A stretch of 64,000 nucleotides of DNA from an uncultured Ectothiorhodospiraceae bacterium (GCA_964420925.1 CAYQVB010000021.1:587-64586), one strand, 5' to 3'. Shown: positions 36,957-46,448, numbered from the stretch's first letter. Numbers and translations: made by a program. The notes: generated by a model from the letters alone, not told the origin.

Positions 36957-39900
36957 TCACGCCATCCGGGCCGCATGGGTGATCTTGTCCTTCGTTTTGT
37001 TCAGGTCGGTGACCACCGCGTAGCTCCAGGTGCCGAAGCTGGCCTCTGCATTCACAGCTCGAACCCATCGCTCGGCCGCCTGCTCCTTTACCTCTTTCAG
37101 AGGGTCATAGCCCTTGGTTTCCAGGATCAGGTAGCGCGGCTTGTCGCCGTTCAACCGGACGATGAAATCCGGGAGGTACTCATGCTGCTCTCCGTTGTGG
37201 AGATACGGGATCGCGAAGCCGAGGCCGGCATTCTTGACGAACGAGTGCACGAGATCGTGAGTATCCAGCCGGTAGGCCGCTGACTGCTCCCACTGTGCGG
37301 TGTCGGGAACGACTGCGTTGACATGGCTCTTGATGACGGGATAGGGCTCTCGCCGGGTCTCGAAGTCGACATCGGCCGTGGTGCCTGGACCCCGACCAGT
37401 CTCGTAGCGGGGGATCTCGGCATCCTCCCCGCTCTCGTCATCCGGTCGGATCGCGGCCGACAGCCGTTCCACCAGCAATCCGTACCACGGCGAGAGGAAG
37501 GCATCGACGGCCTGCGCCGGTTCCACCGGGCGGACTTTCTCCTCGACGTAGCGAGCAACGATGGCGGCAAGCTGGGTAAACAACACGTGAACCGGGACAT
37601 CGCAGCCCGGCTGTTGTCGATAGTCCCGAGTCAGTTCTCGCGCCATCTCGAACACCAGTTTCTGTGGGCGGTGGTCTGTGCGGTACGGATTGAGATCCAC
37701 GCGTTCGAGACGCCCCGGGCCAACGAGCGAAGGTCGTCCGGTATTGCTCGGTAGCCCCGCCTTCATCTCCACCTCGGGCGGAATGTCCATCGGGTTAAGG
37801 TTCAGCGGCGCGATACTCTCCCAGTCGACCTTGAGACGATGCCGGATGCGCTGGGTGTACCCCTCGACGCGAGGGAAACGGATCTCGAGGCCGGCCTTTG
37901 CAGGGAGCGCCCGGATCTGCCAAGTCTTCGGGGGCGGGCGTGGTCCATTTTCCCGAGTGGTCTCCTTTAGCGGCACGATCTCGAAAGGGACTCCGAAGAT
38001 CTTCGCCACTTCCTCTCCGAGCTTTCCGTCATCTCCCACGGCATAGCTGGAGCGGCGCAGACCCCGGCCGACGACCTGCTCACAGAGCAACTGCGACATG
38101 AAGGGGCGAAGCCCGACGATGTGGGTGACGGTATTGCAGTCCCAACCCTCGGTCAGCATCCCGACACTCACGATGCAGCGCACGTCCCGCCCCGGTGGAT
38201 GGAGGGGGCGTTCGAGCTTCTTTGCCAGTGCCGCAAAACCCTCCGGGTAGATGGATCGTCCCTGCACGTCCCGCGGCCAGTCGGTCTTCCCGACCGTATC
38301 CAATGTGAGGCGCATCCACCGATCTGCATCGGTCTTGGCCGCTCCACCGTCCGACTCGCGCACGACCTTCGAGTCCACCCGGATGGTTCGGATGTCTTTG
38401 TCGGTGTTGCTCAACCCCTCGATGCGGGCAGGCGGGATCCCCACCGGCGCCTCGTCTTCGGCGAGCCACCGGTAGACAACCTTCGCGAGCGCGGTGTTTT
38501 TGCACACGATAATAAAGACCGGCGGGCGGCGCTCTCCCTCGCGCTCACTCCATTCCCGGCGCAGCGTCTCCCACAGTCCGCCGAGCATTGCGATCGGCAC
38601 ATGTGCGTACTTGAGCACGGCCTCCGGCTTCACGCTGCCCCGTCTCCCACCACGCTCGGCAGGAGTCAGTCTCGGCAGGATCCATCGCCAGATGTTGAAA
38701 TAGCCGGGTATGGAGGAACCGCTCGTGTCCCGTACCGCGAGCTGCGGAATCTTGACCAGCCCGGACTCGATGGCGTCGACGAGCCCAAAGTCGCTTACTA
38801 CCCAAGGGAAAGGCCGGTTGGCGTCCTGGCCGACCCGCCCCAAGTAGTAGGGAGTGGCGGAGAGATCGATGCAGAGATTGATGCCGCGGTGCTTATGGAT
38901 GCGATCGAGGCCGTCGACCCACACCGTGGCCTCTCGATAGAACTCCTCGCTCTCGTCGGCCTCGCCGAACAGATCCGCCTCGCCCTCGTCCGGCTCCTCG
39001 TGTCGGATTCGGTATGCATGATGGGCCTCGTCATTCATGACGAGAATGTTGCGTTTTCCCCCTACCTCGCGATCGAGTACCCGCTCGATGAGCCTGGTGT
39101 CGCTCTCGACGTAACGGACCGATTCCACCGAGACCGACTTGAGGTTTCCTTGCCGATCCTGGTGCTCATTGCGAACGGAAATCAGACCAATGGCCGTCTG
39201 GCGTTCGAGATCCTCCGGTGTCAGATAGCGAATCCCCCGGGCGGTCGTCGTTTTTGCACCGATGCGGATGGTTTCCCGAGTGCGGACTTCCCGGCCGGTA
39301 CGGAGCACCTTCGCGGATTGGCCGGCAGCCTGGGCAGTCTTGGGCTCGAACACATGCCAATTGGTGACCAGCACATGTCCGCGGACAATCTGGGGCATGA
39401 GGTGCGAGGGGACCAAGTCGCGCGTCCGGTACAGGCTCGCCTCTCCACCACTTGGCTTCAGCTCTTCGAGCCGGTTGCGGATGGTTACGTTGGGACATAC
39501 GACCAGCACCACGTCCGAATAGCGTGCGTCGCCTCGATTCGAAATCTTGTTGAGAATGCTCCAGGCCGCGAGCATTCCCATGACCGTAGTCTTCCCGGTG
39601 CCCGTCGCCATCTTGCATGCGTAGCGCCGGAAGGCCTGGAATCCCTCCGCCTGCGCCTCGGGACCCGGTTCATCGAGCGGGACATCGATCCCTTGCAGGA
39701 AGTCCGCGCGCGCCTCGGTGAGAAAGATGATCGTCTCGGCGGCCTCAAGCTGGGCGAAGAAGAGCCGGTGCTTTCTCCCTTCCCGGCGCCAATAGCGCAT
39801 CAGCTCCATGGTCGTTCGAGTTACGCCCCCCTCGCCGCGCAACGCCAAGGGCCTCCACTCGGCGAGCTTCGTGCGGATCCGGTTGACCAGCTTCAATCCA

Positions 39901-40082
39901 ATGGCTATCCCGACTCCCTGGTGCTCTGATGCCATGGCACGCTCAGGTCGCCGGTAGTAGTACATGGCCGGGCGCCGGCCCGAGCGCCGCTCCGGTGGCT
40001 CGTGCTCCAGGATCCACCAATGCTCCCTGGGTTCCTCGAAAGGCGAGTTGAGGATCGGTTCAGGGACCTCGCGCGCGTTCAC
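36957..40082 (-). CDS. Type III-like restriction enzyme Res subunit (SF2 helicase + PD-(D/E)xK nuclease)
   Basis: Helicase motifs 'MATGTGKTTV', 'VMNDEAHHAY' and 'DLSATPYY'. C-terminal nuclease-like 'EYLPDFIVRL..RYLILETKGYD'. The GTG start overlaps the upstream stop (GTGA, 40079-40082). Confidence 0.85.
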   Translation of the reverse strand: MNAREVPEPILNSPFEEPREHWWILEHEPPERRSGRRPAMYYYRRPERAMASEHQGVGIAIGLKLVNRIRTKLAEWRPLALRGEGGVTRTTMELMRYWRREGRKHRLFFAQLEAAETIIFLTEARADFLQGIDVPLDEPGPEAQAEGFQAFRRYACKMATGTGKTTVMGMLAAWSILNKISNRGDARYSDVVLVVCPNVTIRNRLEELKPSGGEASLYRTRDLVPSHLMPQIVRGHVLVTNWHVFEPKTAQAAGQSAKVLRTGREVRTRETIRIGAKTTTARGIRYLTPEDLERQTAIGLISVRNEHQDRQGNLKSVSVESVRYVESDTRLIERVLDREVGGKRNILVMNDEAHHAYRIRHEEPDEGEADLFGEADESEEFYREATVWVDGLDRIHKHRGINLCIDLSATPYYLGRVGQDANRPFPWVVSDFGLVDAIESGLVKIPQLAVRDTSGSSIPGYFNIWRWILPRLTPAERGGRRGSVKPEAVLKYAHVPIAMLGGLWETLRREWSEREGERRPPVFIIVCKNTALAKVVYRWLAEDEAPVGIPPARIEGLSNTDKDIRTIRVDSKVVRESDGGAAKTDADRWMRLTLDTVGKTDWPRDVQGRSIYPEGFAALAKKLERPLHPPGRDVRCIVSVGMLTEGWDCNTVTHIVGLRPFMSQLLCEQVVGRGLRRSSYAVGDDGKLGEEVAKIFGVPFEIVPLKETTRENGPRPPPKTWQIRALPAKAGLEIRFPRVEGYTQRIRHRLKVDWESIAPLNLNPMDIPPEVEMKAGLPSNTGRPSLVGPGRLERVDLNPYRTDHRPQKLVFEMARELTRDYRQQPGCDVPVHVLFTQLAAIVARYVEEKVRPVEPAQAVDAFLSPWYGLLVERLSAAIRPDDESGEDAEIPRYETGRGPGTTADVDFETRREPYPVIKSHVNAVVPDTAQWEQSAAYRLDTHDLVHSFVKNAGLGFAIPYLHNGEQHEYLPDFIVRLNGDKPRYLILETKGYDPLKEVKEQAAERWVRAVNAEASFGTWSYAVVTDLNKTKDKITHAARMA

Positions 40083-41806
40083 GGCTCGACTCCGAACGCC
40101 CGACAGATGGCGTTGAGCTTCTCCACGACTTCAGGGTGGATCTCCTCGGGGAGCATGAGCGCCGCGATCTCGTGATAGCGGGTATAGGGTAGGCCGTGGA
40201 GTTCGGCCGCTTCAAGCAGCGGGGGAAGGAGTTCCGTGCGTGCCTTGGTTCCGTTCAGGAGCAGGTGTTCACCGAGCGGATCTTCGACGACGCCTAGAGG
40301 AAACTCACGGCGCATGTACGCGAGCATATCTTCGACGTGCGGCGCGGCGGCATCCGCTCCAATCACCGACTCGACAAAGCAGGATAGTGCATTCGGGTGT
40401 ACGAGGTAGCTTTCGATCTCATAGCGCCGCCAGTGAAGCCGCTGCAAGCCGATACCCGTGATCTCGGTATCCGGAACCTCCGGCCGCGCATCCCGGTCGC
40501 GAAGCTCGACTCCGGGAAGCCCTTCACGCACGAGCTGCAAGGCGTCGTAATGATCGCGAGCCCGGATCCCCGGACGCCTCTCCTGGGCCTGGAACACCAG
40601 AGGTTTCCACATCAACTCAGTGGTGAGCAATCCGGTCGCCCGGTGTTCGAGCGTCGCCGCCCACGCGCGCAGGATGTTGATGTCTGTGTAGTCCTCAACG
40701 TAAAGAACGCCGCGGACTCCCAGTGCTTGCATGACGTCCGCATTGCTGAGTACCCGGAGGGAGGTAATCACCCGGCCACGCTCTTCGTTGTCGGCTACCA
40801 TCCTCGGTTCGTGAAGCATGACACACAGCTCGCGTGGCTCGACGGAATTGATGACCACTTCGGAATGGGTCGCAACAATGAGCTGTGAGTGTTGCCGGGC
40901 GGCTACCGCCCGCAACTCGTGATAGATAGCGTCCTGCAGGATCATGTGCAGGTGTGCGTCCGGCTCGTCCAGGAGCAGTACTGAACCTTCGCGGGTATTG
41001 AGGAAGGTAAGCAGCATCAACACCTGCTGGAACCCGCTGCCCGCGCTCGCGATGTCCAGCGACGGCCCACCATCGGTCATCGTGTATTCGGCCCGGATGT
41101 ACGGCCCACCAGAATCGGGAGGCAGTAGTATGTAGCCGAAGAGTTTCATGATGGAGCTCTGAAGCGCGGCCCATGTAGGTTCGTTACGGTGCGCCGTTGC
41201 GAGCAGATTGCGTAGCACTTCACCGGGGCGACCGAGACCGAGGAGCCGCTCTATCAGTGGCGGCTGAAACAGCGGCTCGTCCGTGCTCAAGCCCGTCATC
41301 GGTGGCACGAATACCGCCTGGAGATCGAGTTCCCGCAGCGTTGCCGCCGGGGCATCCCATCGGGGTCGGACATAGATCTGTTCGGTGCTGTCCGCAATGA
41401 ACTCCATGGTCACCGACCAGCCCGCGTCGTGCTGAACCTCGATCTGAATCTCCTGCCCATGCTTGCGATATCCACGGTCCCTCCATAGAAGGTCGAAGCT
41501 TCTTAGCGGAACCGTGGTGAACGCCTGCCGGGCGATTGGAGCGCGGGTGTATCCCTGGCGCGGATTGAAGTCGTTGAGCTCGCGCCAACGCTGCAAGGCG
41601 AGCGACCATGATGCAATCGCCTGGAGCACCGTCGTTTTGCCGGTGTTGTTGGGACCTGCCAGCACCACGTGCCCGGGCAGATGGAACTCAACTTCGCTGA
41701 AACGCTTGAAGCCGCGGATGCGGACCGTGCGGATCACGTCCTGGCCTCCGAGACGGGTTTGGCGTACATCAACCGGTATCGCGGGCGTCTCGGGCATCGG
41801 ACGCAT
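40079..41806 (-). CDS. ABC-type (RecF/SMC-like, AAA_15/21) ATPase fused to a Toprim-like (DUF4435/OLD/RloB-like) C-terminal domain
   Basis: Walker A 'GPNNTGKT', signature-like 'SAGSGFQQ', Walker B 'LLLDEPDAHLH' and H-loop 'VATHS'. C-terminal motifs are 'VLYVEDYTDINIL', 'ELRDRDARP' and 'WRRYEIESYLVHPNAL'. Confidence 0.75.
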   Translation of the reverse strand: MRPMPETPAIPVDVRQTRLGGQDVIRTVRIRGFKRFSEVEFHLPGHVVLAGPNNTGKTTVLQAIASWSLALQRWRELNDFNPRQGYTRAPIARQAFTTVPLRSFDLLWRDRGYRKHGQEIQIEVQHDAGWSVTMEFIADSTEQIYVRPRWDAPAATLRELDLQAVFVPPMTGLSTDEPLFQPPLIERLLGLGRPGEVLRNLLATAHRNEPTWAALQSSIMKLFGYILLPPDSGGPYIRAEYTMTDGGPSLDIASAGSGFQQVLMLLTFLNTREGSVLLLDEPDAHLHMILQDAIYHELRAVAARQHSQLIVATHSEVVINSVEPRELCVMLHEPRMVADNEERGRVITSLRVLSNADVMQALGVRGVLYVEDYTDINILRAWAATLEHRATGLLTTELMWKPLVFQAQERRPGIRARDHYDALQLVREGLPGVELRDRDARPEVPDTEITGIGLQRLHWRRYEIESYLVHPNALSCFVESVIGADAAAPHVEDMLAYMRREFPLGVVEDPLGEHLLLNGTKARTELLPPLLEAAELHGLPYTRYHEIAALMLPEEIHPEVVEKLNAICRAFGVEP

Positions 41807-41870
41807 GTCCTCGCAATCGTCCTTGAGCAGGCCAGAGGTCCACGCAACGGAGTAGCTCTGCCGAAGAGGA

Positions 41871-44633
41871 TCATGTTTTCGTTTCGGAGAGCGACTTGAC
41901 CACCAGCAGTTCGTTGCCCCGGTCGTCGATGACTTTCACCGCGATCTGGCCGTGTTCCCCTGACTGAAACGGGGCGCTGAGCGTCCCGGACAGGTGTGCC
42001 CACACGCTGTCCTCGAACTCGCCCCGGAGCGAACGCTTGATGCCCTCCCACGCCGATGTCCGGGGAAAGAACGCCTGACAGACGTGAAAGCAGAGTCCGT
42101 TATAGTCCGTGTCCAGGAACCACGCCGGGACATCGCGGCCCTCCCGGTGGTCGGAATCCATCTCGATTGGATCGAAAACATCGAGGCCGAGCAGCTCGAC
42201 TTGGTAGTCATGTTCTCCAGATCGCGTGATGCGTACGTCGGGTAACCCGCACACCGAGAAGATTTGACTCGAGCGGAGGTTGCGAAGCAGGTCACCCATG
42301 ACGAGGTCCATGCTCGCCTGGACGTAGGTGGCGGCCACCCCTACCGCTTCCTCGCAGTCGTCTATCAGGCGCCTCGCGTCGGGTTGGATGGCAAACCCGA
42401 TGACGTAGAGGTGCTCGTATCCCTTGGCATACGCCTCGCGCGCCGCTTCGAACACGAGGGTTTGGGAGACCGCACCATTCTCAGAGCCGAAGACGATCGC
42501 GACCGCGTTGTCTCCCTCGCCCTCGACTTGCGCCTCGGCGGAGAGGCTCATCGTTCGAGCAGGTCGACGGATCTTGTCCAAGCTAACCGTTCGGCCGCCT
42601 CCAAGATGCAGCACCGGCGAACGCCGCAGCACCTCGATCATGCGTTCGACATGGTCGGCGTGGGTCACCGTGGCGGCCACATCTGCGGAATCCTCCTCGC
42701 CGTCCCCCTCCCAGTCCACCGGGGTCGGTATGGTCGCCTCTACGCAGAACGGCCCGCTTACCCGGGTCACTCCGTCCTCGGCTTCAGGCCGATCGACGAG
42801 GACTTCCTCCTTTGGCGGTTCATTGTTGGCTATGGACTTAAGTGTGACATGCGGCACGATCCCGCCTACCTCCTCTCCCTTTGCGCTTTGCCGGCGCCGA
42901 TAGTGAAAACCTCCCGCGGGACCTCGAGCCGGATCCTGGAGCGCATAGAACGCGAATGTGCTGGTGAGCAGTCGTTGCCGTGCAAGGGCGATTGGAACCC
43001 GGGAGGTGTCGGTGGTGATCCAACGACGCCCCCACTTCTCCGCGCAGTACGCCGTCGTCCCCGAGCCGCAGGTGGGGTCGAGGACGAGGTCGCCCGGATC
43101 GGAAGTCATCAGGAGACAGCGTTCGACGACCTTGGGGTTCGTCTGGACGACGTAGGTCTTCTCATCGGTAAAGCTGCCGGTGAGGGTATCCGTCCAGAGA
43201 TTGCCTCGTGTCTTGTAGGGGAAATCCGAGGGGAAACGCCGGTATTGCAAGCTGTTGGCCGCGACGTGAATCCGTCCCGTGGCCGCGAGACGTTCGAGCC
43301 CATCGGGATAGTTGGCTGCCCAATGACGATTGGGATTAGGCACGTAGACCTTACCCTCAAACTTGAAAGGTTGAGGCTCCCGTGGTGGGCCTGGAGATTG
43401 CATGTTGTCCGGTTTGTAAAGACGACCACCTTCTGGCAACTGCACTTCCTGGCGCTTCTCCGCCGCCGTTAAGCCACGATAGCTTCCGTCCGGGAGCAGC
43501 ACCCATCGGGCATTCCCCTCGCCGAGGACCACCGGCTGCTCCTCGAACAGCTTCCGTACCTTCAGTCGCTCCGGATCTCGTGCGTACCACAGCAGGAAGT
43601 CGCCCAGCGTCGCGAGGGTCCGCGTCGGGAAACCTGACGTAGTCTGGAAACTGATCTGCGAGACGAAGCACTCCGCCCCGAACACTTCATCGAGTACTTC
43701 GCGGACATGGTGCAGGTTGGTGTCCGACATCTGGACAAAGATGCTCCCCGACGGATGGAGCAGATCCCGTGCCAGCAGCAGCCGGTCACGGAGATAGGTC
43801 AGGAACGAGTGCACGCCCAGCTCCCAGGTGTCCCGGTACGCTTGCACCATCTCCGGTTCGCGCACCATGTGCTGGTCGTCTCCGTGCGTGACGTCGCGCT
43901 TGCGTACGAAGGGCTGGAAGTTGGAGCCGAACTTCACAGCGTAGGGCGGATCCATATAGATGGTCTGCACCTGTCCGCCCAAACCCTCGTAGCGAAGCAG
44001 GGAGTTCATCACCACCAGGGAATCGCCGAGGATCAGCCGGTTCACCCACCCGTTCTGGTGTTCGTAGGCCTTAAGCAACCGGTCTCGGATCGACAAGTCA
44101 CTCTCGCCGAAGAGATCGAACATGTTGATCTGGCGGTCCCGGGTATGACCTTTCAGCGTCTCGAGGATCGCGGAGGTCGAGAGACGCTCGTGAACGAACA
44201 GGGGCAGAGTGGGAACGTCGAAGGACAGCCGTTCGGCCTTCCCTGCCCAGTTGAGGAAGGGCTCGGAGAGCGCGTTCAGCTCGGCGGCGTCTTCCCGGGC
44301 CGAGGCGAGCTCCTGCTTGATCTCTGCAAGGCTGTCCGGGAGGATGCCATCGTTTCCGCTATGTCCGGCGGCGACGATGGCCGAGAGCTTCTCGATGCGA
44401 TCTACCAGCGTGACGAGCTTTGCTTCAGCCTGCTCGCGCGCGGGATTCTGCTGGTCCCAGTCGAGAGCCGGAGCAAGAGAAGAATCGTAACGATAGGTAG
44501 CCGGCGGCTTCTTCTTGCGGAACTGCGCCTGCGTGCCGATATCCGGCCGGAGCAACGCGCTCGCTTCGGGATGCGCGTAGCTCTTGGTGCTCCGTTCCCT
44601 CCTGGCACGAACTTTCGTCTTCTTCTTTGCCAC
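41871..44633 (-). CDS. Type III-like Mod DNA methyltransferase (beta-class N6A/N4C amino-methyltransferase), 920 aa
   Basis: Motif IV 'IYMDPPYAVKF' lies upstream of the AdoMet motif I 'VLDPTCGSGTTAY'. The N-terminus is basic ('MAKKKTKVRARRER'). Confidence 0.85.
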   Translation of the reverse strand: MAKKKTKVRARRERSTKSYAHPEASALLRPDIGTQAQFRKKKPPATYRYDSSLAPALDWDQQNPAREQAEAKLVTLVDRIEKLSAIVAAGHSGNDGILPDSLAEIKQELASAREDAAELNALSEPFLNWAGKAERLSFDVPTLPLFVHERLSTSAILETLKGHTRDRQINMFDLFGESDLSIRDRLLKAYEHQNGWVNRLILGDSLVVMNSLLRYEGLGGQVQTIYMDPPYAVKFGSNFQPFVRKRDVTHGDDQHMVREPEMVQAYRDTWELGVHSFLTYLRDRLLLARDLLHPSGSIFVQMSDTNLHHVREVLDEVFGAECFVSQISFQTTSGFPTRTLATLGDFLLWYARDPERLKVRKLFEEQPVVLGEGNARWVLLPDGSYRGLTAAEKRQEVQLPEGGRLYKPDNMQSPGPPREPQPFKFEGKVYVPNPNRHWAANYPDGLERLAATGRIHVAANSLQYRRFPSDFPYKTRGNLWTDTLTGSFTDEKTYVVQTNPKVVERCLLMTSDPGDLVLDPTCGSGTTAYCAEKWGRRWITTDTSRVPIALARQRLLTSTFAFYALQDPARGPAGGFHYRRRQSAKGEEVGGIVPHVTLKSIANNEPPKEEVLVDRPEAEDGVTRVSGPFCVEATIPTPVDWEGDGEEDSADVAATVTHADHVERMIEVLRRSPVLHLGGGRTVSLDKIRRPARTMSLSAEAQVEGEGDNAVAIVFGSENGAVSQTLVFEAAREAYAKGYEHLYVIGFAIQPDARRLIDDCEEAVGVAATYVQASMDLVMGDLLRNLRSSQIFSVCGLPDVRITRSGEHDYQVELLGLDVFDPIEMDSDHREGRDVPAWFLDTDYNGLCFHVCQAFFPRTSAWEGIKRSLRGEFEDSVWAHLSGTLSAPFQSGEHGQIAVKVIDDRGNELLVVKSLSETKT

Positions 44634-44663
44634 GTCTACTCCCGCCCCTCCCGCATCATCTCT

Positions 44664-46112
44664 TTACCCGTCGCGATGGGATAAGTCACTGACGATCCAA
44701 GTCGCGTCCGCTGACGGATCACGAATAGCTCTGTGACCCACCATGTAGCAGTACACGCTGGTAGGTATGAAGTCGAAAAGAATCTCTTCGGGACCCTGAC
44801 CAAGTCTTGCCGACTGAGTGCGCGTGGTAACGAGAGGTGTAACTCCGGAATGCCGAACTGCGAATTCCGTCAGGCCCCTCAGTTCGCCTGATCGCTCGAC
44901 ATACCGATCTGACCACTTGACGTCTACACACCAAGCAGGTCGCTGGCGGCCGTCGAGATGCACAATATCCACCTCACCGCTTCGCCACCGTGCATAGTGG
45001 AGATCAATATCGGAGTGAAACCACTGAGCGAAGACAGCAGTCTCGGCAAGCGGGCCCATTTCCTTGTCGTCCTTAGCTACCGGACCGAACAACGCGCAAC
45101 GCAGCGCTGGCGTAGTGACGTACACCTTGAATTGATTGGCGCGCTTGAAACGGCGGGCGTTGTGATCGATACGGTGGACCACCTTGATGAGGAATGCGGC
45201 CTCCAGATATTGCAAGTAACGCTTGAGCGTTGGCTTGGTCACGCCGGATTGCTGAGACAGTGCCTCCAGTGACACTTCTCCGGCGGTGTTGAATGCCAAC
45301 GTCATGAACAGTGCGTTGAGCTCCTGCACATCCTGGATGCCATAAAGGCTCGGGAGGTCGCGCAGCAGGACCTTCTCAACGATGTCGGTGCCGATGTAAC
45401 GGGCGGAATCGGAACGGATAGCCGGAGACGAGATGGATTCCGGATAACCTCCAAAGTTGACGTAGTCGACAAAGTGGCGGTTCAGCTCTCCGATGTCGCT
45501 TACTGTGTATAGGCCGTCTGGCTCCTCGCGTTCGACCAAGCCCTCGATACCCTGCAAGTCGAGGTATTCATAAAAGGTCAATGGCGGCAGAAGGAAATCC
45601 GTGAAGCGACCGGCTCCCGATTCGATGCTCTTGAGCCGGAGCGCTGCCGCGGCCGAACCGGACACCACGCATCTGGTGCCCGGGTGAGCATCCACGAAAG
45701 CTTTGAGGTGGCGTTCCCACTCGGGCAGATACTGAATCTCATCCAGGAACAGCACTTGGGGACCATTGGGGTTTTCGCTCGACCGGCGAATCTCCTCCGC
45801 GGCTTCCTCGATGGAGAGTCGGGTGTAGAGCGGCTGATCGAGCGAGATGTAGCCGAGGTCCTGAGGTGCGTATTCACCGCCTTCGAGCAAGCGCGCGATA
45901 ACGTGATGTAGCAACACCGTCTTCCCAACGCGGCGCGGGCCCATGAGCACCACCGCCCGGCGCACTCCGGTTTCCTCCACGAGACGTGCGAAGCGCTCAA
46001 AGTACGCGCGCGGCTTCAGCTCTCGATAGTCGTCGCGGATTCCCCCGCCATCCCACCAAGGGTTTTCGGCGCGGATGCGATGGCGCCGCTGACTCGAGGA
46101 GATCTCCCGCAT
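44664..46112 (-). CDS. COG1373-type AAA+ ATPase (AAA_14 + DUF4143-like C-terminal nuclease-fold domain)
   Basis: Walker A 'GPRRVGKT', Walker B-like 'VLFLDEIQ', wHTH-like 'LKRYLQYLEAAFLIKVV', and C-terminal 'GEVDIVHL..WCVDVKWS' (D..D-x-K). Confidence 0.8.
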   Translation of the reverse strand: MREISSSQRRHRIRAENPWWDGGGIRDDYRELKPRAYFERFARLVEETGVRRAVVLMGPRRVGKTVLLHHVIARLLEGGEYAPQDLGYISLDQPLYTRLSIEEAAEEIRRSSENPNGPQVLFLDEIQYLPEWERHLKAFVDAHPGTRCVVSGSAAAALRLKSIESGAGRFTDFLLPPLTFYEYLDLQGIEGLVEREEPDGLYTVSDIGELNRHFVDYVNFGGYPESISSPAIRSDSARYIGTDIVEKVLLRDLPSLYGIQDVQELNALFMTLAFNTAGEVSLEALSQQSGVTKPTLKRYLQYLEAAFLIKVVHRIDHNARRFKRANQFKVYVTTPALRCALFGPVAKDDKEMGPLAETAVFAQWFHSDIDLHYARWRSGEVDIVHLDGRQRPAWCVDVKWSDRYVERSGELRGLTEFAVRHSGVTPLVTTRTQSARLGQGPEEILFDFIPTSVYCYMVGHRAIRDPSADATWIVSDLSHRDG

Positions 46113-46199
46113 ACGGCGAGGTTAGTGGTACCGCGGCCAGGAGTCAACATAGAGAAAGTCGACTTATCTTATGTGATGGTTTGGAGAAAAATACCGTAG

Positions 46200-46343
46200 T
46201 TACAACGAGTTGAGTGCTCCATTCCGGGATGCGCTCAGCCTCGCGTCGATACCGGCCGCCGCCAAGCGCTCGCATCCTCGTCCCGGGATGACGGCGAATG
46301 CCGGGTTTCCATTGCCATCGTGGATGACCTGCGCTTTGGTCAT
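46200..46343 (-). CDS. Short ORF (47 aa) resembling the N-terminus of an antitoxin-type protein; possibly a remnant
   Basis: Not in the track. ATG 46343 has a strong GGAGG 6 nt upstream. The peptide starts 'MTKAQVIHDGNGNPAFAVIPGRGCERLAAAG..' and ends at TAA 46200-46202. Confidence 0.35.
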   Translation of the reverse strand: MTKAQVIHDGNGNPAFAVIPGRGCERLAAAGIDARLSASRNGALNSL

Positions 46344-46448
46344 GTCGCCCTCCTATGCTCTCGTCACAACTGGAGCTCGTGCTCCCTCGACTCCCGGGCG
46401 CGACGGACTGAGCAGACGACCGAGTCGCGACTCACGGCCTCCCCCTCT

